Below are positions 19,293 through 28,511 of a stretch of DNA of 64,000 nt, in pieces. The translations under genes were made by a program, and so were the position numbers. Each line of letters begins with the position of its first letter. Within the stretch, counting starts at the first letter, position 1. Below the pieces are notes generated by a model, which saw nothing but the letters and a program-made list of their open reading frames with translations, did no database searches and was not told where the DNA came from. Source of the DNA: an uncultured delta proteobacterium (GTDB lineage: Bacteria; Desulfobacterota; Binatia; Bin18); NCBI GenBank assembly GCA_963733195.1, contig CAVTCR010000071.1:64001-128000 (forward strand), in the 5' to 3' direction.

Positions 19293-19616
19293 ATGTCGCT
19301 CACTCATGATTCGCAGCAGGTGTCGTCCTCCTCAGTTGAGGTTTCGCTCCGCGAACGCTTACACACGCTGAATGATACATCCTCGGCTGAAGCAACAGCA
19401 CTAGCAGAGCAGGGACAGCAAGCTACATATACCACTCTCGCCTGGGCTCCGCTTTCCGCCTTTGTTCGTGTGTACTTTCGCCAAGGAGAGTGGCGTCAGG
19501 GGATCTCCGGGCTCATTGCGGCACTCTTTGCTGCCTACGGAGTCTTCATCCGTTATACTAAACTGTGGGAACAACAGAATGTGAAGACCACCGTTCCACC
19601 ACCGCCGCAACCCTGA
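19293..19616 (+). CDS. Small protein resembling the C-terminal membrane-associated domain of LPS GT2 glycosyltransferases
   Basis: PLSAFVRVYF..G.WRQG..GLI.A...AY.VFIRYTKLWE parallels PLWRFLRFYV..GGFRDGVPGFFVA...AFYVFLKYAKLWE of ORF 23214. Confidence 0.6.
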   Translation: MSLTHDSQQVSSSSVEVSLRERLHTLNDTSSAEATALAEQGQQATYTTLAWAPLSAFVRVYFRQGEWRQGISGLIAALFAAYGVFIRYTKLWEQQNVKTTVPPPPQP

Positions 19617-19617
19617 C

Positions 19618-20409
19618 ATGGCCACGCTGCCTCTTCCCGCTGGATTTGTTGAACAGCGCACAGGCAACACACTCTGGTGGGTAAAGGCTGACTGGGCACC
19701 GGTTTTGCGAGACGCCGTTGTTCGCAGCTCTCATGACCTCACTTCCTGGACGCCGGACGCCGGACGCCGGACGCCACAACTTCTCTCAGCGGAGGTCGAG
19801 GCCCAGTCCAGCGTATCGTGGTGGACTCACAAGGAGCGATCATCGTCCGCCCCTATCGTCGAGGAGGTTTCGTCCGTCACTTTGTTCACGACCTCTACTG
19901 GGATCGTCCGCTACGCCCGTTTGCTGAACTGTGCTGCATAGAGGAAGCACGGCGGCATGGAGTACCAACTGTCGAAGTGCTTGGAGCACAAGTCGAGTGG
20001 ACGATAGGACCGCTGTATCGTGGGCTTTTGGTGACACGAGAAGCAACAGGCTTTCATGAGCTATGGGACGTGGTTGCAAACACGACCAGCTGCTGACCTG
20101 CGACGTGCAACTCTCAGCGCCGTTGCGCAGGCGATCGCCACTATGCATCAGGCTGGCATTGCCCACGCTGATCTGAACCCGACGAACATCTTGGTTTATC
20201 CTGACCGTGATCCTCCACAGGCATTGATAATCGACTTCGACCGCGCCCGCCTCTTTTCTGGACCACTACCTCTTCGCCTCCGAGAATCCAATCTTCGTCG
20301 GTTGCAGCGTTTTTTCGCCAACTACGATGTTCTCGCCGAATGGCTACCACCTGGTGAGTTTGAGCATTTTCGGCAGGTGTACCGTACCATCCTGCCGTTG
20401 AAAAAGTAA
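19618..20409 (+). CDS. Kdo kinase / LPS kinase family (frameshifts ~19790 and ~20055)
   Basis: GRG..., VRPYRRGG, RPFAEL, YRGLLVT, HADLN.TNIL, IIDFDR spread over three frames. Confidence 0.75.
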
Positions 20410-20470
20410 CCGGAAAAAGATACCGAGGCAAAAACATTACATCAGCTCACTTTCACGAGAGGATCCTCGT

Positions 20471-21511
20471 CTGGCTTTAGTATTACCTTCCCTTACACCG
20501 CGACGCATTTTGATCGTTCTGCTTGGTGCGATCGGCGATGTCACGCGTGCGCTTCCATTACTCACTCGTCTCCGTCGAGCCTACCCGCAGGCCCACATTG
20601 CTTGGGCAGTCGAACCCGCCGCCGCCGCACTACTTGATTATCATCCTGCCCTTGATGAGATCCTTCTCTACCAACGCAGCCGTGGCTCTCGAACATTTCT
20701 TCCGTTTCTGCGCACTGTACGGGATCATCATTTTGACCTCGTACTGGATCTCCAGCGTCATTTGAAGAGTGGGCTTGTCAGTCTATGGTCCCGTGCGCCG
20801 GTCCGAGTTGGTTTTCATCGCACAAATACCAAAGAGGGCAACTGGCTGTTCAATACGCACACGATCGAGGAGGTACCAGACTTTTCTCTGAAATTGACCC
20901 AGTACCTCAAGTTCGCGGATGCCCTCGGATTGCCGGACGATGGAGTGCGCTTCGACCTCCGACTCCGTCCGGAAGAGGAACAAAAAGTTGAGACCTTGCT
21001 TGCTGGAACACCCTGCCCTGTTGCCGCATTTTTTCTTGGTTCGCGCTGGCCGAGTCGGTTTTGGTTCCCGCAGGCAACGGCGGAGGTAGCGCGGGCGCTG
21101 CAACAGGAATATGGTATGGGAATTGTCCTGATGGGCGGGCCGAATGAGGTAGCGTTCGCACAGCAGGTGAGTGAGGCGATGGGAACGGCGGTAACGAATC
21201 TGAGTGGTAAAACCTCGCTACGTGATTTGATTGGTATCTTTGGTCGTGTTCGTTTTGCAATGGGACCGGACTCTGGTCCGATGCATATTGCCGCAGCGAC
21301 TGGTATCCCAGTCATCTCGCTGTGGGGTGCAACCAGTCCAATTCGTTCAGCACCGTGGCGCTCTGAAGCGTTCGTCATTCGCGGTGAGGCAGCGTGCAGT
21401 CCGTGTTATGTGCGACACTGTCCGATCGGCCGTGCGTGTATGCAGCGGATTACACCGGAGCGGGTACTTTCCGTCGCTCGCCAAGTACTTGAGAAGAGCA
21501 CAAGGAGTTAA
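20471..21511 (+). CDS. GT9 heptosyltransferase (WaaC/WaaF-like); start uncertain (20471-20510)
   Basis: ILIVLLGAIGDV, DLVLDLQ..LKS, DSGPMHIAAA.G.PVISLWG, CSPCY...CP...CM. Confidence 0.85.
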   Translation: MALVLPSLTPRRILIVLLGAIGDVTRALPLLTRLRRAYPQAHIAWAVEPAAAALLDYHPALDEILLYQRSRGSRTFLPFLRTVRDHHFDLVLDLQRHLKSGLVSLWSRAPVRVGFHRTNTKEGNWLFNTHTIEEVPDFSLKLTQYLKFADALGLPDDGVRFDLRLRPEEEQKVETLLAGTPCPVAAFFLGSRWPSRFWFPQATAEVARALQQEYGMGIVLMGGPNEVAFAQQVSEAMGTAVTNLSGKTSLRDLIGIFGRVRFAMGPDSGPMHIAAATGIPVISLWGATSPIRSAPWRSEAFVIRGEAACSPCYVRHCPIGRACMQRITPERVLSVARQVLEKSTRS

Positions 21512-21512
21512 G

Positions 21513-21678
21513 CTGAGTGAGAAGTCAAAAGTCAAAAGCCTGTCCTGAGTGTAGCCGAAGGAGCAAAAGTTTGAAGCCGAAAGTGAGAAAGATACCCCTT
21601 TCCCTTTGTCTCTGTATTCGTGACTTCTCGTTCTCATTCCTCCTTCCCCGATTCCTAACCCCTAACCCCTAACCCCCG
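21513..21678. repeat. Composite heptamer-repeat and REP-like element
   Basis: (AAGTCAA)n, GCCTGTCCTGAG..GCCGAAGG, and (CCTAACC)x3 ending just before the ATG. Confidence 0.7.
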
Positions 21679-21680
21679 TT

Positions 21681-22919
21681 ATGCGACCGAACATACTCTT
21701 TCTGCTTATCGATTGTTTACGAGCTGACGCGATCGTAGGCCCAGACCGCGGCGCACGGACACCGACGCTGGATCGGCTCGTCCGTAACGGTGTCGCGTGT
21801 ACGCAAGCCGTGTCTTCCGCCTCCTCAACGACTCAGTGTGTCGCGAGTTTGCTGACCGGCACCTATTCGTTTGTCCACGGTATTCGTTCAATCTTCGGCC
21901 TGAAAATGAATGCTGCGGTCTCTTCGTTGGCGGAAACTTTTCAGGCGCACGGCTATCAGACCATCGCCGAAGTCAGTGGTCCGCTGTTCCCCGAAACCGG
22001 CTTACCTCGTGGGTTTGATACCTATCACTTTCGTGAAGGCTCGGCATATCTATCCACGGCCTGGGGAGCCGACTTCCGCCGCCGGGTGCAGAGTCCAGAA
22101 TTTCGTCAACCCTGGTTCCTTTTTCTTCACTTATGGGAGTTGCATCACCATCGTCATATCTTACCGGCATACAGCAACCGAGAGTATGGTAGGAATCGCT
22201 ACGAACGTGCCCTCTCTTCTCTCGACGCCGAACTCGCCACGCTTCTTGCCGTTGTCCCGCAGAATACACTGATTGTGATTCATGGCGATCACGGAGAACG
22301 CGTCATCAAGACCGACTTGCAATACCGCCTCTATCGCTTGTCGCGCGATCTGCTCGGGCACAAGACCATGAAACGCGAGGGGCACGAGATGGATGCGTCC
22401 GAGGAACTCATCCGTGTACCGTTAGTATTCACCTCTGTAGACGGGCAAGGACATCCACAGGTACGTCCTGGAGCACGAGTCGATCAACTCGTGCGGCAAA
22501 TCGACGCACTCCCAACGCTTCTTGATCTCGTCGGCGCTCCACTACCGGCCAATATTCACGGACAGAGCTTGCTGCCTGCTCTGCAAAACAACGTCCCTTT
22601 AGCGATAGAAGCCTACCTCGAAGCCTTTCTCCGCATCCGCTCTGATCCTCGCAATCGGCGAGTAGGATGGCGAACTGAAGAATGGAAGTACATTTATGCT
22701 CCGCAGAATTCCAGTTTGCCACAGGAATTGTATTACCTTCCGTCCGACCCGCAGGAGCGGCGCAATGTTGCAACCCAACGACCTGAAGTTGTTGCTTTGC
22801 TTCGTCAACGTATTGAATCGATTCAGCAAGGGCCAATTGCCGCCAATCCTGGGCAAGTGATGAGCCCAGAGGAACAGGCACAGCTTGAAAAACGGTTGGT
22901 TGAGTTGGGGTACATGTGA
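21681..22919 (+). CDS. Sulfatase-like (alkaline phosphatase superfamily) hydrolase/transferase
   Basis: PNILFLLIDCLRAD, TPTLD, ASLLTG, GDHGE, RVPL, KYI, ELY....DP.E..N; the CxPxR motif is absent. Confidence 0.85.
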   Translation: MRPNILFLLIDCLRADAIVGPDRGARTPTLDRLVRNGVACTQAVSSASSTTQCVASLLTGTYSFVHGIRSIFGLKMNAAVSSLAETFQAHGYQTIAEVSGPLFPETGLPRGFDTYHFREGSAYLSTAWGADFRRRVQSPEFRQPWFLFLHLWELHHHRHILPAYSNREYGRNRYERALSSLDAELATLLAVVPQNTLIVIHGDHGERVIKTDLQYRLYRLSRDLLGHKTMKREGHEMDASEELIRVPLVFTSVDGQGHPQVRPGARVDQLVRQIDALPTLLDLVGAPLPANIHGQSLLPALQNNVPLAIEAYLEAFLRIRSDPRNRRVGWRTEEWKYIYAPQNSSLPQELYYLPSDPQERRNVATQRPEVVALLRQRIESIQQGPIAANPGQVMSPEEQAQLEKRLVELGYM

Positions 22920-22924
22920 ACACG

Positions 22925-23195
22925 GGACCATAGGGAACGGGCGAAAAGGGCAATGGGTAAATGGGGAAAAGGATAAAGGAAAAGAAAAGAGGCTGACGGC
23001 TAAAGGGAAGAGTAAGACGTATAGGATATGGCAGTACGCAACACCGAAAACTCCGGTGCCACGATGAGGTGCTTGGTGCTTTTTTCTTTCTCATCTTGCC
23101 CCTTCGACGAAGCTCAGGACAGGCTTTTGTCTTACGGCTCTGTTTCTCTGTCTCTTCTTCCCATTTCGCCATTTCACCTTTCCGCCCATTCTCTG
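22925..23195. repeat. Purine-rich/pyrimidine-rich short-period (about 8 nt) repeat arms enclosing a REP-like unit
   Basis: GGGCGAAA/AGGGCAAT/GGGTAAAT/GGGGAAAA arm; CCCTTCGACGAAGCTCAGGACAGGC at 23100; CCCATTTC/GCCATTTC/ACCTTTCC arm. Confidence 0.65.
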
Positions 23196-23213
23196 TAGTC
23201 TGGCGTCTATTTT

Positions 23214-24947
23214 ATGTCATCTCTTTCTGTCATCTTCTGCGATCCTGAACGACGAGAGGTTCTCGATCTCCTGTCTCGCCCTTCCCTTTCGCATGCAGAT
23301 AGTCGCGTGCTCAAGAACGGGCGTGGTATCGTAGTTACTCTCTTCCCTTCGGACCAAGGTGCGTTCGTTGTCAAACATCATCGGCTGCATACCTGGCGGC
23401 GTTGGGGAGATAGCATGATTCTTGGCTCTCCGGCGCGACGGGCGTGGCAGGGAGCGCAACTCCTCCAAGCCGCAGGCGTCGCGACTCCCCGTCCTCTTGC
23501 TGTGGTAGAGAGACGCGTCGCAGGCATGGTTCGCGAAAGCTTCTATGTGAGCGAAGCACTCCTCACACAAGTGCCACTCAACGTCTACTGGCGAGAACGA
23601 CAATCACGGTGGTCCTGGAAGCGGCGCCGCGCGTTCCTTCGGGTCCTGGCTGAATTTTTTCGCACGCTCCATGCTGCGGGCCTCTACGTCGGCGACCTCA
23701 AAGATGAGAACCTTTTCGTTGAAGAACAGGGAGATCTTCACTGGAAGTTCTATATCGTGGATCTAGATCGCGTCACTCAACACCAATCTTTACATCAGCA
23801 GCGTCGCTTTAAGAACTTGACCCAACTAGAACGAACGTTAGGACGGAATGCTCGAGCCAGTGAACGGCTGTTCTTCTTTTACCACTACTTGGGTACCCCA
23901 TTGCCGCCACGGGCACAACGTCGCGACCTCGTCACGCAGCTCTTGCAGTTACGCAAGCAGAAAGACCGAGAGTATGCCCGACGGCGCGTGCGTCACAGTC
24001 GGGATTTAGTCACAACCCCGACCCCGATATTCTCTCCTCCTGTGCCCCTCTCTCCCCCGTCGGTACCTGAACGTCCACCCATTTCGTGCTGCATTATTTG
24101 TTTCAACGAAGAGGCGAATATCCGCCGCTGTCTCGAGAGTGTGAAGTGGTGTGACGAGATTATTATTGTTGATTCGTTTTCGACGGACCGGACAGTGGAG
24201 ATTTGTCGCGAATATACCGATCGGATCATCTCACGAGCGTGGCCAGGGTATGTTGAACAGAAACGGTTCGCGTTGTCGCAAGCGACTCATGAGTGGGTCC
24301 TCAATGTTGATGCTGATGAAGAAGTGTCGCCGGAGTTACGGCATGAAATCCGTGTCGTATTGGAGCAGAATCACCCGGCGGTTGATGGCTTTTATGTCCC
24401 GCGCTTAGTGTATTATTTGGGTCGTTGGTGGTGGCGTGGCTGGTATCCTGGTTATCGATTGCGGTTGTTCCGTAAAGCCAAAGTGCGATGGGGCGGTGTC
24501 GATCCCCATGAGAAAGTCCTGCTCCGTGGACAGGCAGACCGACTGCACGGGGCATTGTATCATTACACCTATGATGACATCAGCGACCATCTGCGTGCGA
24601 TTAACGGTCTCACAGAAGTGTCTTCACGCGAATTGGCTCTGCGCGACAAACGTACGCGCCCCACAGATCTGTTGCTTCGCCCGTTATGGCGATTTTTGCG
24701 TTTCTATGTGGTAAGTGGCGGATTTCGTGACGGCGTACCAGGATTTTTTGTTGCGGTCACATCAGCATTTTACGTATTCCTCAAATACGCCAAGTTGTGG
24801 GAACGGACGACAAGGTCGCATACTGATGCAGAAGCTCAACATTCTTCACATCGATCCGGAGAGGAATTGGGGAGGGGGAGAAGTGCAGGTACTGGGGTTG
24901 ACCACTTACCTGAGCCACACCGGCCATCGCTCGGTAGTCGCCAGTGA
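23214..24947 (+). CDS. Fusion of LPS kinase (InaA/WaaP-like) and GT2 glycosyltransferase (WaaE/KdtX-like)
   Basis: N-half SPARRAW, TPRPLA, GDLKDEN, IVDLD; Pro-rich linker; C-half IICFNEE, VDSFSTD.T, VDADE, VDPHE. Confidence 0.85.
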   Translation: MSSLSVIFCDPERREVLDLLSRPSLSHADSRVLKNGRGIVVTLFPSDQGAFVVKHHRLHTWRRWGDSMILGSPARRAWQGAQLLQAAGVATPRPLAVVERRVAGMVRESFYVSEALLTQVPLNVYWRERQSRWSWKRRRAFLRVLAEFFRTLHAAGLYVGDLKDENLFVEEQGDLHWKFYIVDLDRVTQHQSLHQQRRFKNLTQLERTLGRNARASERLFFFYHYLGTPLPPRAQRRDLVTQLLQLRKQKDREYARRRVRHSRDLVTTPTPIFSPPVPLSPPSVPERPPISCCIICFNEEANIRRCLESVKWCDEIIIVDSFSTDRTVEICREYTDRIISRAWPGYVEQKRFALSQATHEWVLNVDADEEVSPELRHEIRVVLEQNHPAVDGFYVPRLVYYLGRWWWRGWYPGYRLRLFRKAKVRWGGVDPHEKVLLRGQADRLHGALYHYTYDDISDHLRAINGLTEVSSRELALRDKRTRPTDLLLRPLWRFLRFYVVSGGFRDGVPGFFVAVTSAFYVFLKYAKLWERTTRSHTDAEAQHSSHRSGEELGRGRSAGTGVDHLPEPHRPSLGSRQ

Positions 24948-25929
24948 TCCTCGCGGCGTCCTTTCGCATCGACTCACCCAAGCTGATCTGCCCACTGCGG
25001 TTCTCACTGTGAGGAATGATCTTGATATCCTCGCTGGGGTGCGTTTACGTCGCTTCGTCCGGACAGAAGGCTCCCAGGTTGTGCATTTTCATACCGCACG
25101 TGCGCATGCCCTGAGCCCGTGGCTGCATGGACTCCGAGTGAAGCGGGTTGTCACCCGCCGTATGGATTACCGTGTGCGACCAGGACTCATTACACATATC
25201 CTCTATAATAAGAGTGTTGATGCTGTCGTGGCTATTTCACAAGGAGTGCAATCCGCTCTCCAGACGGGAGGAGTTTCCTCATCTCGCATTCATATAATCC
25301 CAAGCGGGATTGATACCACTCGTTTTGCCATCACGGCAGACCAGCGCGCGCAACAGCGTGCCGCGCAACGGATTGCCTCTAATGAGATCGTTGTACTAGC
25401 AGTCGGCGCCTTGGCTGAGCGCAAGGGACATCACACGCTTCTTCAGGCCGCGGCTTTCTTACAACAAAAAGGCATACAGCTACGTTATCTCATCTGTGGA
25501 GACGGCCTGCTTCGTACAACGTTAGAAAGTGAGACCCAGACACTCGGCCTCGCGGAGAACGTCCAGTTTCTTGGGTTTTGTTCGGACATCGTTAACTATC
25601 TCGCAGTCGCCGACGTGGTCGTGCATGTTCCCTTATGGGAAGGTCTTGGCGTGGCAGTTATTGAAGCCCTGGCAGCAGGCTTACCGGTAGTCGCAAGCCG
25701 CGTCGGTGGTATTCCGGAGCTTATTGACAATGAACGATCTGGACTGCTTGTTCCCCCGCAGGAGCCGACAGCACTGGCGGCTGCGATCGAACGCGTGGTT
25801 CACAATCTTCCTTGGGCCAAGACATTAGGAATACATGGTCAATCCTTTGTCCGCTCACGCTACGATGTGACGGTCATGGCGCAAGCCAACGAAGCATTGT
25901 ATTACAAACTGCTGGTGAAAGACTTGTAG
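24826..25929 (+). CDS. GT4 glycosyltransferase
   Basis: WGGGEVQ, ERKGH, EGLGVAVIEALAAGLPVVASRVGGIPE. Confidence 0.9.
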   Translation: MQKLNILHIDPERNWGGGEVQVLGLTTYLSHTGHRSVVASDPRGVLSHRLTQADLPTAVLTVRNDLDILAGVRLRRFVRTEGSQVVHFHTARAHALSPWLHGLRVKRVVTRRMDYRVRPGLITHILYNKSVDAVVAISQGVQSALQTGGVSSSRIHIIPSGIDTTRFAITADQRAQQRAAQRIASNEIVVLAVGALAERKGHHTLLQAAAFLQQKGIQLRYLICGDGLLRTTLESETQTLGLAENVQFLGFCSDIVNYLAVADVVVHVPLWEGLGVAVIEALAAGLPVVASRVGGIPELIDNERSGLLVPPQEPTALAAAIERVVHNLPWAKTLGIHGQSFVRSRYDVTVMAQANEALYYKLLVKDL

Positions 25930-25972
25930 GGACGCGACATGCCGCATCCCTACACATACGCTACCCATAGAC

Positions 25973-26986
25973 ATGAGTCGCACACCTACCCGTCGCCGTT
26001 CAGCATCCCAAGCCGGAAAACTGTCCACGTTTCTCCGGCGGTTCGCCCAAGTTCGTGTCCTTGTCATCGGCGATTTGATGCTTGATCGATACATTTGGGG
26101 AAAAGTCGACCGCATTTCTCCTGAAGCGCCGGTGCCGGTAGTGTGCGTCACGCGGGAAAGTTTACATGCTGGAGGTGCTGGCAATGTAGTCGCTAACATT
26201 CGCGCCCTCGGTGGCAGCGTGGTCGCCTGTGGAGCGGTGGGAAAAGACCAAACCGGGCAGCGCCTCCGGCGTGAACTCACCGCGCTCGGTGCTGGAATAC
26301 AAGGAGTCATCACGAGCAGTAGTACGGTTACGACCAGCAAGACTCGGATTATTGCTCATAGCCAGCAAGTCGTGCGGCTCGATCACGAAGAAAGCGACAT
26401 CCTCAATACACGTGTGCGGTCACAACTGCGGCGCTTTGTTCAACACCACATCGCCGACTTTCACGTGTTAGTGATTTCGGATTATGGTAAAGGCGTCGTC
26501 GATGCCGAGTTTCTTTCCCTGCTGTCCAAGCTTCGTGAACAGCATGGATTTGTGTACTTGATCGATCCAAAACGACGAAATTTTGCTCATTATCGTGGAG
26601 CGACACTTGTCAAACCCAACCGTGAAGAAGCGGGGATAGCGGCAGGAATAGAGATCCGCAACGAGCGTGACCTAAGCCAGGCTGGCACACACCTCCTCCA
26701 GTTCTGGCAAACCGAAGCGGTTCTTGTCTCACGTAGTGAGGAAGGTATGAGTTTATTTAAGCATCACGGAGCACCGCAGCATTTTCTCACCACAACCCGT
26801 GAAGTCTATGATGTCACCGGAGCCGGAGATACTGTGCTCGCCACCTGTGCACTGGCCTTAGGAGCTGGTGCAACCTTGGAAGAGGCGACAATCCTCGCTA
26901 ACCACGCTGCCGGAGTCGTGGTTGGCAAAGTTGGCACGGCAACGGTCAGTCCAGAAGAACTACAAGCCGCGCTACAAGAGGATTAA
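25973..26986 (+). CDS. rfaE1: D-glycero-beta-D-manno-heptose-7-phosphate kinase (HldE domain I)
   Basis: GDLMLDRY, RISPEAPVPVV, GGAGNV, SDYGKG, DVTGAGDT, VVVGKVGTA. Confidence 0.93.
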   Translation: MSRTPTRRRSASQAGKLSTFLRRFAQVRVLVIGDLMLDRYIWGKVDRISPEAPVPVVCVTRESLHAGGAGNVVANIRALGGSVVACGAVGKDQTGQRLRRELTALGAGIQGVITSSSTVTTSKTRIIAHSQQVVRLDHEESDILNTRVRSQLRRFVQHHIADFHVLVISDYGKGVVDAEFLSLLSKLREQHGFVYLIDPKRRNFAHYRGATLVKPNREEAGIAAGIEIRNERDLSQAGTHLLQFWQTEAVLVSRSEEGMSLFKHHGAPQHFLTTTREVYDVTGAGDTVLATCALALGAGATLEEATILANHAAGVVVGKVGTATVSPEELQAALQED

Positions 26987-26988
26987 GC

Positions 26989-27876
26989 ATGCGAAGTATG
27001 ACTGGATACGGTAACGGGTCAGCGACGTTCTCTGGTGGTCGGGTTACAGTCGAATTACGAGCCGTGAATCATCGCTTTCTCGAATTGAAAATGCCTTTAC
27101 CTCGGGAGCTGCTCCCCTATGAGCAAGAGTTCAGGACGATGATTGAAGCCCGCATCAAACGGGGCAAGCTTGATATGTTATTCACCAGTTCAGGGAAACC
27201 GCTGCGAACCTACACTGTCCAGCCTAATCTTCCCCTTGCGCGTGCCTATCATGACGCGGTGCTACGGGTGCAGCGTGAAGTTGGGGTGAAAGGCGCGCTT
27301 GATCTTTCCTTTCTCTCTGCTCACCCAGAGCTATTTCAGGTCCAAGAACAGCAAGCGACGATCGAACCACAAGCTGAGGCGACAAAGAAAGCCTTGACGG
27401 CAGCCCTTACTGCGCTCGAACGCCAACGCACTCGCGAGGGGAAGTTTCTCCAACGTGAACTGCAGACTCGTGTGACTATGCTCGACCAGATACGGCGTAA
27501 AATAAAAGCCCGCAGCAGCATCGTGTACGAGAACACCCGCGAACGTCTCAAAGATCGCGTCAACAACCTATTGCAAGGGCTACTTCAGGGAGTCGAAATC
27601 GATCAAAGTCGGCTCTTACAGGAAGCCGCCACTCTCGCCCAGCGAGGTGATATTACCGAAGAACTCGTACGCCTGCAGGGCCATCTTGAGGCATTGAGTG
27701 GCCATTGCCGCTCGGCAGAACCAGTGGGGAAGCGCATCGATTTTCTCCTGCAAGAGGTACAGCGCGAAGTCAACACCATTGGTTCTAAGGCCGATGATGT
27801 TGAAGTACGCCATCTTGTTGTTGCTGCCAAGGAGGAGGTAGAAAAATTACGGGAACAAGTGCAAAATGTAGAGTAA
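26989..27876 (+). CDS. yicC: YicC/YloC family endoribonuclease
   Basis: MRSMTGYG, VNHRFLE, DITEELVRL, GKRIDFLLQE..RE.NTIGSK, REQVQNVE. Confidence 0.93.
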   Translation: MRSMTGYGNGSATFSGGRVTVELRAVNHRFLELKMPLPRELLPYEQEFRTMIEARIKRGKLDMLFTSSGKPLRTYTVQPNLPLARAYHDAVLRVQREVGVKGALDLSFLSAHPELFQVQEQQATIEPQAEATKKALTAALTALERQRTREGKFLQRELQTRVTMLDQIRRKIKARSSIVYENTRERLKDRVNNLLQGLLQGVEIDQSRLLQEAATLAQRGDITEELVRLQGHLEALSGHCRSAEPVGKRIDFLLQEVQREVNTIGSKADDVEVRHLVVAAKEEVEKLREQVQNVE

Positions 27877-27879
27877 TTT

Positions 27880-28511
27880 ATGTCAGACGAGCCCGACAAA
27901 CCTTTTGTTCTTTCTCGCCAGGGGATTTTGTTTTTTCTCTCCGCGCCCTCAGGGGCCGGTAAAACGACCCTCTCTGCACCAGCTGTTACGACAGGTGCAG
28001 AACCTACGTCCGTCGATTTCGTACACCACGCGCCACCCACGCGCCGGTGAAATGGATGGACGTGAGTATCATTTCGTCAGTGAAGCCGAATTCTTGTCGT
28101 CTCCAAAAACAGAAGGCTTTCGCAGAATGGGCACGCGTGCATGACTTCTTTTACGGAACCGCACGGGCACCACTCGAAGAAGCACTTACACAAGGTTCCG
28201 ACCTCCTCCTTGATATTGATGTCCAGGGCGTTAAACAGTTGAAACCGCAGTATCCCACGGCTTCGGTTGCCATCTTTCTATTGCCGCCCTCGTGGCACGA
28301 ACTCGAACGTCGCTTGCGAGGCCGCGGGACTGACACCACTGAAGTTATTGCACGCCGCCTCCAGCGCGCACGCGAGGAAGCACGTGAGTTACCGATGTAC
28401 GACTACTGTATTGTCAATGATCAGATCGAAAGTGCCGTTGCGACGTTGCAGGCCATCGTTATTGCTGAACGCACCCGGGTTGCACGACTGCACGAAAGGA
28501 CGATTGCATGA
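27880..28511 (+). CDS. gmk: Guanylate kinase (frameshifts ~27973 and ~28100)
   Basis: SAPSGAGKTT, SISYTTR.PR.GE.DGREYHFVS, EWA.VH..FYGT, DIDVQG, PPS..ELERRL.GRGTD across three frames. Confidence 0.9.

Noticed and set aside
18207-19616. Apparent 469-aa WaaF fusion with a GT2-tail domain
   Set aside because: The GT9 domain ends naturally in another frame (stop 19287) and a new ATG follows at 19293; a single indel near 19230 explains the fusion.
24826-24947. 122-nt overlap of the kinase-GT2 tail with the GT4 gene
   Set aside because: One missing base after KLWE would bring the TGA of TGATG (24824-24828) into frame, giving ordinary coupling; the tail is probably an artefact.
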